From NCBI GenBank assembly GCA_046348035.1, contig JAXMEZ010000005.1, forward strand, positions 13,615-77,614: a stretch of DNA of 64,000 bases, in the 5' to 3' direction. This stretch comes from Rubrivivax sp. Its GTDB lineage: Bacteria > Pseudomonadota > Gammaproteobacteria > Burkholderiales > Burkholderiaceae_C. A program made the translations under genes and the position numbers. Below are positions 9,523-19,925 of the stretch, piece by piece. The first letter of the stretch is position 1, and every line of letters starts with the position of its first letter. Under the pieces are notes generated by a model that had not been told where the DNA came from, made no database searches, and saw nothing but the letters and a program-made list of their open reading frames with translations.

Positions 9523-10203
9523 ATGAAGAACCTCGCCGTCATCCCCGCCCGCGGCGGCAGCAAGCGCATCCCGCGCAAGAACATCCGCGCCTTCGCCGGC
9601 TTGCCGATGATCGCCTACGCCATCGCCGCCGCGCGCGCGAGCGAACTCTTCGACGAGGTCGTCGTCAGCACCGACGACGACGAGATCGCCGCCGTCGCCG
9701 CCGCGCACGGCGCGACGGTGCCGTTCCGCCGCCCGGCCGAGCTGGCCGACGACCAGACGACGACGGTGCCGGTGATCGCGCACGCGGCGCAGTGGTTCGT
9801 CGAGCGCGGCCGCGCGCCGGCGGCGGTGTGCTGCATCTACCCCTGCGTGCCGCTCCTGCGCGCCGAAGACCTGCGCGGCGCGTACGAGATGTTCAGCGAA
9901 CGCGGCGCCGAGTACGTGTACCCGGTGGTGCAGTTCCACAGCTCGCCGTGGCGCGGCATGCGCCGGCCGGAGAACGGGCCGATGCAGTTCGTGCACCCCG
10001 AGTACGAGCTGACGCGAACGCAGGACCTGGAGAAGATGTACTTCGACGCCGGCCAGTTCTACTGGGGTAAGGCCTCGGCCTGGTGCGCGGGGCTGCGCAT
10101 GCACTCCAACGGCCACGGCTACGTGGTCGAGGGCCACCGCGTGGTGGACATCGACACGCCCGAGGACTGGAAGCGCGCCGAGCTGATCGCCCGCGCGCTG
10201 TAG
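9523..10203 (+). CDS. pseF: Pseudaminic acid cytidylyltransferase (CMP-nonulosonate synthetase)
   Basis: VIPARGGSKRIPRKNI, VSTDDDEIA, RTQDLE, DAGQFYWG, DIDTPEDW. Confidence 0.92.
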   Translation: MKNLAVIPARGGSKRIPRKNIRAFAGLPMIAYAIAAARASELFDEVVVSTDDDEIAAVAAAHGATVPFRRPAELADDQTTTVPVIAHAAQWFVERGRAPAAVCCIYPCVPLLRAEDLRGAYEMFSERGAEYVYPVVQFHSSPWRGMRRPENGPMQFVHPEYELTRTQDLEKMYFDAGQFYWGKASAWCAGLRMHSNGHGYVVEGHRVVDIDTPEDWKRAELIARAL

Positions 10204-10244
10204 CGGCGCGGCTCTGCTGCGCGCTTCTCTTCCGGCGCTGCTGC

Positions 10245-11506
10245 CTAACGCGCAGGACGCGCGGGACTTCCGGGCAGGCGCGCGAGCGGATTCGCGAGAG
10301 CGCTTGCGGCAGCAAGCCGCCGCGCCCGGTGAGCTGGCGCGTGATGGCGGCCTTCACCACGCTGCTGAACGGCGGCAGCCGCTCGGCCGCACCGAGCAAT
10401 GCGCGCCGCGCCAGCTTCGCGGGCCGTGCTCGTCGGTGAAGAGCTTGACGATCGCGTTCGTGCCGAGGTAGGTCGGCAGCGTCGTGCGCCGGTGTTCGTC
10501 GCCGTAGCGCGCGAGCACGGCCGCGTCGCCGATGTCGCGGCCGGCGGCGCGCGCAGCAGCGAGTTCGCGCGCCAGCACTTCCACGCCGTAGAGGCCGAAG
10601 TTGTAGCCGTGCGCGGTGACCGGGTGCATGCCCACGGCCGCGTCGCCGATGAGCGCGAAGCGCGGTGCGGTGAAGCGGTGCGCGTACACGCCCACCAGCG
10701 GGTAGTGGTGGCGCGGCCCGGCAGCGCCGCTGATGCGGCCGAGCGCGGCCGGCGCCTGCGCCTGCACGCGGGCGGCGAAGGCAGCGTCGTCCAGCGCCAG
10801 CCATTCGCTCGCGCGGTCGGAGGCCAGCGTCACCACGGCCGAGGACCGGCGGCCGTTCAGCGGCAGCAGCGCCAGCGTGTTGCCGTAGCGGAAGCATTCC
10901 AGGCGATGCCTTCGGCGTCGTTGTCGTGCGCGACGCGGCCGACGACGACGCTGCGCGCGAAGTCGTGCATCGAAGCGCCGATGCCCGCGAGCCGCCGCAT
11001 CTGCGAGAAGCGGCTGTCGGCGGCGACCATGAGCTTCGCCGCGTGCGTGCTGCCGTCGGCGAGCGTCAGGCGCGCCGCGTCGGCGCCGAGCGCAACGCCG
11101 TGACGCGCGCATCGGACAGCACCTCGACGCCGCGGCGGCTCTCGGCGGCGCGCAGCGCGGCGTCGCGGATCAAATGGTTGGGCACCAGCCAGCCGAGCGC
11201 TTCGAGCCCGCTGCCTTGCGACGAGAAGCGCAGCGCCGCCGGCGAGTCGCCGTCGAGCACGCGCGCTTCGCGCAGCGGCGCGATCTCGTCGGCCGCGATG
11301 CGCTTCCACAAGCCGAGCTTCTCCATCACCGCGCGTGCGCGGTGCGTCAGCGCGATCTCGCGCCCGTCCTCGGCCGGGTTGTCGAGCGCGGTGCGGGCGG
11401 CCTGCTCGAGCACGCGCACGGAAAGGCCGGCATCGGCCAGCGCGCAGGCCAGCGCCAGGCCCGCGGGGCCGGCACCGACGACGAGGACATCGAAGGGTTC
11501 GCTCAT
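10245..11506 (-). CDS. ubiM: FAD-dependent ubiquinone-pathway hydroxylase UbiM; frameshifted (about 3-4 indels)
   Basis: VVGAGPAG, DGREIALTH, VAADSRFS, LIGDAAVGMHPVTAHGYNFGL, TNAIVKLFTD, spread across successive frames. End approximate. Confidence 0.8.
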
Positions 11507-11567
11507 GATCCGGCGAATCATGGCCGGCGGTCCTGACAGCGGCCTTGACCGAAGTCATCGGGCCACT

Positions 11568-11684
11568 CCTCTCCCGCACGCGAAGCCGCAGGCTTCGCTC
11601 GAGTGCGGCAGAGGGCAGGTGAGGGCTCGCTCGTCTGCGGAACATCCGCTCTCGCCCCAACCCTCTGCCGCGCCGCGGAAAGGG
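11568..11684. repeat. Degenerate CCCTCTCCC/GGGAGAGGG-type intergenic palindromic repeat
   Basis: CCTCTCCCGCAC...GTGCGGCAGAGGGCAGGTGAGGG...CTCTCGCCCCAACCCTCTGCCGC forms nested hairpins. Confidence 0.6.
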
Positions 11685-11694
11685 TGCGAAGGCG

Positions 11695-12363
11695 TCAGGC
11701 CGGCACGACGCGGAACAGGTACTGGAACACCTCGGCGTCGGCGGCGGCCTGGTCGGCGTCGCTGCCGGCGGCGCGCGCGATGGCGCGGATGCCGTGCATC
11801 AGCTCGGCCGGCGGCGTGGCGGCAACGCGCCGCGCGACGCCGGTGTCGACGCGCCAACCGGCATCGCGCCACATCTCGAGCAGCGTCGTGCGCGTGAACC
11901 AGCGCAGGTGCGTGCGGTCCAGGAGGCCGCTGTCTTCGTAGCGGAAGAGCCCCGTGGCCAGCCGCATCTGCACGCTCCAGTGCTGGCCGTTGGGGATGCA
12001 GGCGACGAGGCAGCCCTCGGGCGCGATGCGCTCGCGGATGCAGCGCAGCAGTCGCCACGGGTCGCGCAGGTGCTCCAGGCAGTCGCCGAAGACCCAGCAG
12101 TCGCTCGGGAACAGCACCTCGAACTTCTCGTCCTCGAACTTCTCGATGTCGCCGGCGAGCGCCGTGTCGCAATGCGTTGCCGCGGCGGCGGCGTAGTCGG
12201 GGTCGATGTCGATGCCGGTGTAGCGCGTGCCGGGGTTCGCGCTTCGGTATGCGGCGGCGAGCGCGCCTTGCATGCAGCCGACCTCGACGACGTGGCGCGC
12301 GCCCTCGGGCATCAGCGCCAGCAGGTCGCGGTTGACGACGTTGTGCGCCGGCGTCTGCTTCAT
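11695..12363 (-). CDS. Class I SAM-dependent methyltransferase (surface-glycan-associated type)
   Basis: VVEVGCMQG, TGIDID, FGDCLEHLRDPW, CIPN, GLLDRTHLRWFT. Its start overlaps the TolC stop. Confidence 0.88.
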   Translation of the reverse strand: MKQTPAHNVVNRDLLALMPEGARHVVEVGCMQGALAAAYRSANPGTRYTGIDIDPDYAAAAATHCDTALAGDIEKFEDEKFEVLFPSDCWVFGDCLEHLRDPWRLLRCIRERIAPEGCLVACIPNGQHWSVQMRLATGLFRYEDSGLLDRTHLRWFTRTTLLEMWRDAGWRVDTGVARRVAATPPAELMHGIRAIARAAGSDADQAAADAEVFQYLFRVVPA

Positions 12364-13760
12364 CAACGCAGCCATTCGCTCACTCCCCGGCCGAGCGAAA
12401 TCAGGTTCGCGTTCAGCTCCTGCCCGTCGGCCAGCGCGTTGACGACGCTCACGCGCAGGTTGAAATGGTCGGCCTCGGCGGCCATCACGTCGAAGAGGCT
12501 GCGCCGGCCGAGCTGCTGCCATTGCTGCAGCGTGGCGTTGCGCACCTGCTGCGAGTCGCGCAGCACGGCTTCGGTGCGGCGCAGGCGGTCGAAGCTCGCC
12601 AGCGCCTGCTCGTGCACTTCGGCGACGCGGAAGCGCTTGGCCTCGATGGTGTCGGCGCGCTGCATCTCGGCAGCGCGGGCGCGCTTGCGCGCCGCGTCGG
12701 TGGCCGGCGGCACACCGGGGCTCGTGAGCGGGATGTTGACGTTGATGCCGATGGCGTAGCTGCTGTTGCGCACCGAGCCGCGCGTGCCGCCGCGGCCCCA
12801 CGACTGCGTGCCGCTGACGTTCCAGCCCACCTGCGCTCTCGTGCCCGCGGCCACCGCGTCGACGTAGTGGTGCATCGCCGCCGCCTGCGCGGTGAGCGCG
12901 GCCACTTCGCTGCTGCGCTCGACGTCGGCCACCAGCTGCGGCAGCGGTTCGACATCGAGCAGCAGCGAAGGCAAGCCTTCGCCGCTGGGCAGCGTGTCGC
13001 CCACCAGCCGCTTCAGCCGCCACTCGGTCTGCTTCAACTGCGACTGCGCACCGGCGAGCGAGATCTCCGCCTGCTGCAGCGACTTCTGCGCCTGCGACAG
13101 TTCGCTGGCGCGGCCGCGGTCGGCGCGCACGATCGTCTGCAGCGCATCGACGAGGCAGGCCATCTTGCGCACATACTGGCTGTAGACGACGCCTTGCTGC
13201 TGGTAGCGGCTGCGCTCGAACGCCAGCGATACGGTGGTGAGCGCGATCTGCTCCTGCACGTTGAGCTGGCCGTGCCGCGCCGATTCGGCCATCTGCGTGC
13301 GCCAGTCGACCAGGCGGTCGATGCGGCCGCCGTCGTAGAGGATCTGGCCGACGTTGACCGAGCCGCGCAACTGCACGGCCGAGGTTTCGCTGCCGGCCAG
13401 CGACTGCGAGCCGCCGGGGCCGACGCCGCCGCCGACACTCGCCTGGACGGCCTTGGCGGCGCGCGTCTCGCGGATGTCGTCTTCGGCCGCGTCGGCGAGC
13501 AACTGCGCCGCGCCGACCTGGTGGCTGCGGGCGATGGCATCGCGAACGAGCGACTGGAGCTGGCCGCGTGCGAGCGTGGCGGCGCTCGGCACGGCGGCCG
13601 CGCTGGAAGCGGCGGCAGCGGCTGCGGGGGCGGCGTCCTCGTCGATGCAATTGGCTGAGGCGCTGGCCGCGGCGCACGCTGCGACTACGGCGGCAGCAAG
13701 GCGCGCGAACGTGCGCGGCGAACGAAGCGAGGGAAGCGAAAGCAAAGCGGAGCGCGACAT
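12363..13760 (-). CDS. TolC-family outer-membrane channel (T1SS LapE/AggA-like)
   Basis: Signal peptide, QILYDGG, helical heptads, GRRSLFDVMAAE motif. Confidence 0.88.
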   Translation of the reverse strand: MSRSALLSLPSLRSPRTFARLAAAVVAACAAASASANCIDEDAAPAAAAAASSAAAVPSAATLARGQLQSLVRDAIARSHQVGAAQLLADAAEDDIRETRAAKAVQASVGGGVGPGGSQSLAGSETSAVQLRGSVNVGQILYDGGRIDRLVDWRTQMAESARHGQLNVQEQIALTTVSLAFERSRYQQQGVVYSQYVRKMACLVDALQTIVRADRGRASELSQAQKSLQQAEISLAGAQSQLKQTEWRLKRLVGDTLPSGEGLPSLLLDVEPLPQLVADVERSSEVAALTAQAAAMHHYVDAVAAGTRAQVGWNVSGTQSWGRGGTRGSVRNSSYAIGINVNIPLTSPGVPPATDAARKRARAAEMQRADTIEAKRFRVAEVHEQALASFDRLRRTEAVLRDSQQVRNATLQQWQQLGRRSLFDVMAAEADHFNLRVSVVNALADGQELNANLISLGRGVSEWLR

Positions 13761-13874
13761 CGTCGAAACAAGAGCGCGGCGACGGACGGCCGCGCCGCCA
13801 CAGTCTGGCCGCCGCCTGTGCCCGCATTCGCCGGATGTCGAGGGGGAAGGCGGCGCTTTTCGGAGGGCGTGGCG

Positions 13875-14115
13875 GCAAAGGGCCGCGCGGGCAGGGCGCG
13901 GCGCTTATGTTCGGCGGCTCCTCGCTGGCGCTCGGAGCTGCCCTGCGCTGCTCGAACTCCTGGCCCGCGGCCAACTCGCTTCGCTCACTTCGTTCGCTCC
14001 GCTCAGACAGTGGCCGCGAGTCAGTCTTGGATGCGCGTGAGTACACGCGCGGCCAGGAGTTCTGCGCTGCTCGGCGCCTTCGTGCGCGCCGCACCCTGCC
14101 CGTGCGGCCCTTTGC
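13875..14115. repeat. Long intergenic palindromic element (~240 bp)
   Basis: Arms GCAAAGGGCCGCGCGGGCAGGGCGCGGCGC and GCGCCGCACCCTGCCCGTGCGGCCCTTTGC, inner stem GAACTCCTGGCC/GGCCAGGAGTTC, core AACTCGCTTCGCTCACTTCGTTCGCTCCGCTCAGACAG. Confidence 0.8.
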
Positions 14116-14189
14116 GGCACCGGCGCTGGTGCTCCAAGGATCTCGGCGCCACCGCCTGCGCCGAACGCAGAAATCCGAGGCGACGGGAA

Positions 14190-15164
14190 TCAGCCCGGCC
14201 GCACGCCGAACAACCACGCCAGCGTGCTGAAGCTCGCGAAGGCGAGCACGGTGCTCGTGAGGATGATGCGCGCGATGCGGCCGTTGTCGGCGCCGAACCG
14301 TTCGGCCAGCAGCGACACGTTGCTGGCGCTCGGCAGCGCCGCGGCCAGCGTCAGCGCCACGAGCTGCGTGGCGGTGAGCGACAACCCGAGCGCGCGCACC
14401 GCCAGGCCGAGCGTGAACACGAGCAGCGGGTGCAGGAAGAGCTTCACCAGCGCCACCGGCACGAAGTCGATGGGCGCGGTGCGATGGTGCGCGTGCTGGC
14501 CGGCGCGGAACAGCACGGCACCGATGGTGAACAGGGCCACCGGCGTGGCCGCGTCGGCGAGCAGCCGCACCACCACCTCCACCGGCCCGGCGAGCTTGAA
14601 GCCGCCTGCGGAGGCGAGCGCGCCGAGCGCGATGGCCCACGGCAGCGGGTTCGACACGGCGGCGCGCAGCGCCCGCGCCAGCGCCGCACGCGCGCCGGCG
14701 CCGTGGTCGGCGGCCGCCGTGGCGGCCTCGGCCAGCGCGATGCACAGCGAACTCGTGACGAAGAGGTCGACGAGCAGCGTCGTCATCACCGGCGCTGTGG
14801 CCGCCGGGCCCAGCAGCGCGGCCAGCATCGGCAGGCCCATGAAGCCGGTGTTCGGGAACGCGGCCACCAGCGCGCCGAAGCTCGCGTCCTTCAACCGCAC
14901 GCGCGCGTTGAGCGAGAACGCGAGCGTGACGAAGACGATCAGGAGCGCCGCCAGCAGCCACACCGCGAACGCCGCCGGGTTCAGCGATTCGAGCACCGGC
15001 GCGTTGTTGCCGAAGCGAAAGAGCATGCACGGCAGCGCGAAGTACAGGACGAACGCGTTGAGCCCGGGAATCGCGCTTTCGGGCAGCACATGCCGGCGCG
15101 CCGCCAGGTAGCCGGCGAGCACGAGCGCGAAGAAGGGCACCGTGACGGCGAGGATGGCTTGCAT
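14190..15164 (-). CDS. AEC (auxin efflux carrier) family transporter
   Basis: LNAFVLYFALP, FPNTGFMGLP, SNPL, ALFTIG, ALPSA. Multiple TM segments. Confidence 0.9.
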   Translation of the reverse strand: MQAILAVTVPFFALVLAGYLAARRHVLPESAIPGLNAFVLYFALPCMLFRFGNNAPVLESLNPAAFAVWLLAALLIVFVTLAFSLNARVRLKDASFGALVAAFPNTGFMGLPMLAALLGPAATAPVMTTLLVDLFVTSSLCIALAEAATAAADHGAGARAALARALRAAVSNPLPWAIALGALASAGGFKLAGPVEVVVRLLADAATPVALFTIGAVLFRAGQHAHHRTAPIDFVPVALVKLFLHPLLVFTLGLAVRALGLSLTATQLVALTLAAALPSASNVSLLAERFGADNGRIARIILTSTVLAFASFSTLAWLFGVRPG

Positions 15165-15301
15165 GGCGCGGCGCGCGAGTATCGCCGCCGGGCAGGATTG
15201 CATGGCGGGCCGCGGGCGCACCGCGCGGCCGCTGGCTATGCTTGCCGCCCTCGTTCGCAACTGCCGGGCGCCCAGCCGCGTGAGCCCGCGCCCGATCTGC
15301 C

Positions 15302-17249
15302 ATGGCCATGATCGAATCCTCGCCCCCGCCTTCGGGCCGCTCGCCCGTGCGGCGTTTCTTCTGCGGCCTCGCGGCGCTGCTGGACGGCACGCGGCGGCTC
15401 GTGCTGAACCTGTTGCTGCTGCTCGTCGTGGCCTTGATCGCGGCGCTGCTCTGGCAGCGGCTGCATACGCCGGCGCTGGCCGAGAAGACGACGCTGGTGC
15501 TGGACCTTTCCGGGGCCATCGTCGACCAGCCGCGTACCGGCAGCCTGCGCAGCCGCCTGCTGGCGCAGCTGCGCGGACAGGGCGGCGCCGAAGCGCAGAC
15601 GCGGTTGCGCGACGTGCTGGCGGTGCTCGATGCCGCGGCGCACGACGAGCAGGTGACGCAGGCGCTGCTGCTCACCGACGACCTCGGCCCCACGGGCCTC
15701 GCCACACTGCGCGAGGTGGCCGCCGCCATCGAGCGCTTCAAGGCCGCGGGCAAGAAGGTCGTGCCTGGGCAGCGGCTACGAGCAGCGCCAGGATGGCCTT
15801 GCCGCCTTCGCCGACGAGGATGCCCCGGATGGGCACGGTGTACATCGAGGGTTATGGCCGCTACCGCACCTACTACCGCGAGGCCTTCGACCGCTGGGCG
15901 TGAGCGCCAACGTCGTGCGTGCCGGCAAAAAGTTCAAGAACGCCGCCGAGAACTTCGGCGGAACGGGCCGAGCCCGGAGACGGTGGAATCGGACTGGGCG
16001 CTGTACGGCTCAAGGACGAGCTGGACCGCCGGCACGAACGGGTGCGCGGCAAGCTGCCCGCCGGAAGCGTGATGGCCTACATCGACGGCCTGCCTCGGCA
16101 CGCTGCAGGCGGTGGGCGGCGACACCGCGAAGCTCGCTGTCGCGAGCAAGCTCGTCGATGCGCTGAAGACGCGCGACGAGGCGCAAGCTCCTCATCGAGC
16201 GCGGCGCCGAGGACACCGCGGCGAAGACGTTCCGGCAGGTGTCGCTGGCCGAGTACCGCGCGCGACATCGATCCGGACAAGGGCACGACGGCTCGGCGAG
16301 GCGATCGGCGTCATCGTCGCGCAGGGCGAGATCGTCGACGGCCGCGCCGGCCCCGGCACCGTGGGCGGGCTTTCCACCGCCGAGCAGATCCGCAAGGCGC
16401 GCGAAGCCGACGACGCAAGGCGATCGTGCTGCGCGTCAATTCGCCTGGCGGCAGCCCTCGCCGGCAGCGAACTCGTGCGCCGCGAACTCGAGCTGGCGCG
16501 CGCCGCCGGCAAGCCGGCGGTGTCGATGGGCGATGTCGCGGCCTCGGGCGGCTACTGGATCTCGATGGCCGCCGACGAGGTGATCGCCGACGAGGCGACG
16601 ACCACCGGCTCGATCGGCGTCGTCGGCATGATGCCCAGCGCCGAGGAGGCGCTCGGCAAGCTCGGCATCCACAGCGCCGGCACGACGACCACGTGGCTGG
16701 CCGGCGCGATGGACGAGCTGCGCAAGCCCGAGCCGCGCCTCGGTGGCGGCGGTGCAGTCGACGATCGACCACGCCTACGACCACTTCGTCGGCCTCGTGG
16801 CCGCGCAGCGCAAGCTCACGCGCGAGCAGGTCGAGGCGGTGGCGCAAGGGCGCGTGCGGAGCGGCAAGGACGCGCGCGAGCGCGCGCTCGTGGACCGGCA
16901 AGGCAGCTGGGCCGACGCAGTGGCCGCGGCGCGCCAGCGCCAAGCTCGGCGCGACGCCGCGACTGCGCTACTTCGAGGCCGACCGGGCCGGCTGCGCGGC
17001 TGCTGGCGGCGTTCGGCGTGGACGAATGGCGCGGCTGGCCGCCGCGGCGCTGGCGGTGCTGTGGGCGCGAAAGCGACGTCGGCGAGTCGTCGAGCATCAC
17101 CGGCGCGATGCCGGCCGGCACGGTTGCAGCAGCGCTGCCGCCAGCGGCGACGCAACGGCGTGGCTCGCCGAACTGGGCTGGCTCGCCGACGTGGCCACGC
17201 GCCGGTGCCTTTCGCCACCGCGACCCATTGCCTGTGCGCGGCGCCGTGA
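15302..17249 (+). CDS. sppA: Signal peptide peptidase SppA (long form); heavily frameshifted
   Basis: Fragments LVLDLSGAIVDQ, FKAAGKKV, VIVAQGEIVDG, IVLRVNSPGGS, SMGDVAASGGYWIS, TGSIGV, VAQGRV, and C-terminal HCLCAAP. Confidence 0.85.
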
Positions 17250-18126
17250 ATGGCGCGGGCAGTGGCGCCATGAATGGCGTTGTGAATGGCGCCGTGATCG
17301 GCCGCGTCGGGCGCGCCGTCGCTGCGGCGTCGTTGCTGGCAGCCGCACTGCTGGCGGCAGCGCCGACCGCGCACGCCCAGGACGAAGTGCTCTTCATCAC
17401 CACGCCCGACCGCGACCGCGGCGATGCTCGAACTGGCCGCGGTGAACGAGCGCGATTACGTGCTCGACCTCGGCTCGGGCGACGGCCGCATCGTCATCAC
17501 CGCGGCGAAGCGTTTCGGTGCCAGCGGCTCGGGCGTGGAGATCGTTCCCGACCTCGTGCGCAGAGCCGCGACAACGCGCGGCCGGCGTCGCGGCGCGCGC
17601 CGAGTTCCGCGAGCAGGACCTCTTCGCCACCGACCTTTCGCGCGCGACGAAAGGTGGACGATGTACCTGCCGCCTGGAGGTGAAACCTGCAGCTTCGTCC
17701 GCGCCTGCTGGCAATGGCGCCGGGCACGCGCATCGTCTCGCACGACTGGGACATGGGCGAATGGCAGCCCGACCGCGAGCTGACTTTGGATGTACCCGAC
17801 AAGGCGATCGGCCGCGAGAAGAAGTCGCGCGTGATGCTGTAGGTGGTGCTGGCGCTCGTGCAGGGCACGTGGTGCAGCGCCGGCCGAGGCGCGACGCCGG
17901 CGGCAGCGACAAGCACGATTTGCGTTCGACCTCGACGCAGCGTTTCCAGCGCTCGGCCACGCTGCAACAGGTGCGCGGCACGAATGGCGCCGGCGACTAC
18001 CCGGCGCCGGTGGCCGTGTTCGACGGCCGCATCGACGGACTCAACCTGCGCATCGAGAGCGACGACGGCGCAGGCGCAATTGCGCGCCGCGCCCTGAAGG
18101 CGCAACGCTGCAATTGGTGCAAATGA
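17246..18126 (+). CDS. SAM-dependent methyltransferase with N-terminal signal peptide; frameshifted
   Basis: AHA/QDEVLFITTP, MLELA, VLDLGSGDGRIVITAAKRFGA, TMYL, RIVSHDWDMGEWQPD. Confidence 0.75.
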
Positions 18127-18229
18127 GCGGCGCCGGCGCGGGCTATGCCGGCCGTGTGTTCCGCCGCGCCGCCGCGGCCGGCTGCTGGTGCGCAAGCAAC
18201 CCGCGGCGTTTCGGGCGGGTTGCGCAGCG

Positions 18230-18602
18230 CTACTTGATCGCGAAGTCTTCGAGCTTGCGGCTCGGCGGCCAGCGCGGTGCGCAGCCACACCGGCCGTTTG
18301 CCGCGGCCGGCCCAGGTGTTGCCGTTCTCGTCGCGGAATTTCGGGGCCACCTTGCGGCCGCTCGCCGACGTGGCCTTGCGCGGCCGCCCGGGTCAGGTCG
18401 GGCTTGCGCTGCTCCTTGGCGCGGCGTTGCGCGTGCCGCCGAAGCCCAGGTCACCAGCGGTCAGGCCGTAGGTGTCGATCGCGCCGCGGATCTTGGCGAT
18501 CACGTCGCTGACCTCGGAGCGGCGCTGCTTCTCGGCTTCGACCTTAGCGCTGGGCCTGCGATTCCGTTTGGAGGGATCTGGTTGATACGTCTTCTGCGTC
18601 AT
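18230..18602 (-). CDS. H-NS family nucleoid-associated protein; frameshifted
   Basis: EVSDVIAKIRGAIDTYGLTAGDLGF and KVAPKFRDENGNTWAGRGKRPVWL...LEDFAIK. Confidence 0.85.
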
Positions 18603-18811
18603 TTCATTTCCGGTGTGGGAAGGAAAACTCCCTGGCTCGCTTCTATCGCGCCCCGCTTGCTTTGCTCGCCCGCTCGATCCCGGGGCGAACGCATTCTAGG
18701 CACGATATTCGCAATCGAACGAGGGGCGTGGTCATTCGGCGACACGTCGAGACTTCGACATTTTTGGGGGGCATGCCCCGGCGCGCGGGGAGGCCGTGCC
18801 ATCATCGCACC

Positions 18812-19465
18812 ATGATCACGCTGCACTATTACCCGGGCAACGCCAGCTTCGCCGTGCACGTTCTGCTGCGCGAAATCGGCGTGCCGTTCGAACTGCAACT
18901 CGTCGATCGGGCGAAACAGGCGCACAAGGCCGAGGCCTACCTGAAACTCAATCCGAACGGCCTCATTCCGGTGCTCGTCGATGGCGCCGACGTGCTGTAC
19001 GAAACAGCGGCGATCCTGCTGCACCTGGCCGACACGCACCCGCAAGCCGGCCTCGTGCCCGCCCTCGGCAGCCGCGAACGGGCGCATTTCTACAAGTGGC
19101 TGTTCTGGCTGAGCAACACGATGCAGGCGGCGATGCAGCCGTTCTTCTACCCCGACCGCTGGGTGGACGATGGCAACAAGGCCGGTGCGGCGCAGGTGAA
19201 GGCGCGTGCGCAGGCGCGCCTGGACGGTTGCCTGCAACAGGTGGATGCGCACCTCGCCAGCCACGGCGGGCCGTGGTTCCACGGCAGCCGCTACAGCGCC
19301 GCCGATCCGCTCGTGTTCATGCTGTGCCGCTGGACGCGTGGCTTCACCGGCAGCCGGCCGGCGCGCGACTATCCGGCCATCGGCCCGTACCTGCAACGCA
19401 TGCTCGAACGCACGGCCGTGAAGCAGGTTTTCGAAGCGGAGAAACTGGCGCCGCCGCTGGTTTGA
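18812..19465 (+). CDS. Glutathione S-transferase
   Basis: YLKLNPNGLIPVL, YETAAILLHLAD, YSAAD. Confidence 0.92.
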   Translation: MITLHYYPGNASFAVHVLLREIGVPFELQLVDRAKQAHKAEAYLKLNPNGLIPVLVDGADVLYETAAILLHLADTHPQAGLVPALGSRERAHFYKWLFWLSNTMQAAMQPFFYPDRWVDDGNKAGAAQVKARAQARLDGCLQQVDAHLASHGGPWFHGSRYSAADPLVFMLCRWTRGFTGSRPARDYPAIGPYLQRMLERTAVKQVFEAEKLAPPLV

Positions 19466-19495
19466 GCGTCGCGGCGAAAGCCCGCCGCGCCGCCT

Positions 19496-19891
19496 TCAGA
19501 GCGAACCGCTGCCGCGCAGCTTCTCGAGCCGCAGCGCGAGCGCCTGCCGTTTCTCCGACAAGCGCTGGCGCAAGGCGCGCGCTGCGGCTTCGTCGCAGCC
19601 GGGCTGGGCGGCCATTGCATCGAGCTCGGCTTGCAGCGCGGCGATTTCCTGCATCGCCTCCACCTCGGGCGGCACGACGCCGGCGTCCTTGAGGATCTTC
19701 ATCGGCATGCGGAATTCGACCGGCGTTTCCGCGTAGCCGTCGCCCAGATCGAGCGGTTTGCCGAAACTCGGTGCGCTGCGCAATTCGCCGCTCTTCTCGC
19801 TTTCGGCGAGATGGCGGCCGATCTCGTCCTCGACGAGGCGCAGGCGCTGTTCCTTCTTCTCCTGCGCCGTTGGCTTGTCGGGCGAACTCAT
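19496..19891 (-). CDS. DUF1992 (DnaJ-related) family protein
   Basis: GKPLDL, TPVEFRMPMKILKDAGVVPPEVE. Confidence 0.8.
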   Translation of the reverse strand: MSSPDKPTAQEKKEQRLRLVEDEIGRHLAESEKSGELRSAPSFGKPLDLGDGYAETPVEFRMPMKILKDAGVVPPEVEAMQEIAALQAELDAMAAQPGCDEAAARALRQRLSEKRQALALRLEKLRGSGSL

Positions 19892-19925
19892 CGCGGCACC
19901 TTCGCGCTGCGCGGGCGCGGGCCGA

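Noticed and set aside
11695-15753. 1352-aa ORF
   Set aside because: A high-GC shadow frame overlapping TolC and the AEC transporter. Only the last ~222 aa (methyltransferase) are real.
15302-18602. Programmed frameshifting or true pseudogenes in sppA, the methyltransferase and hns
   Set aside because: Too many scattered indels with no slippery motifs. Sequencing error is more parsimonious.
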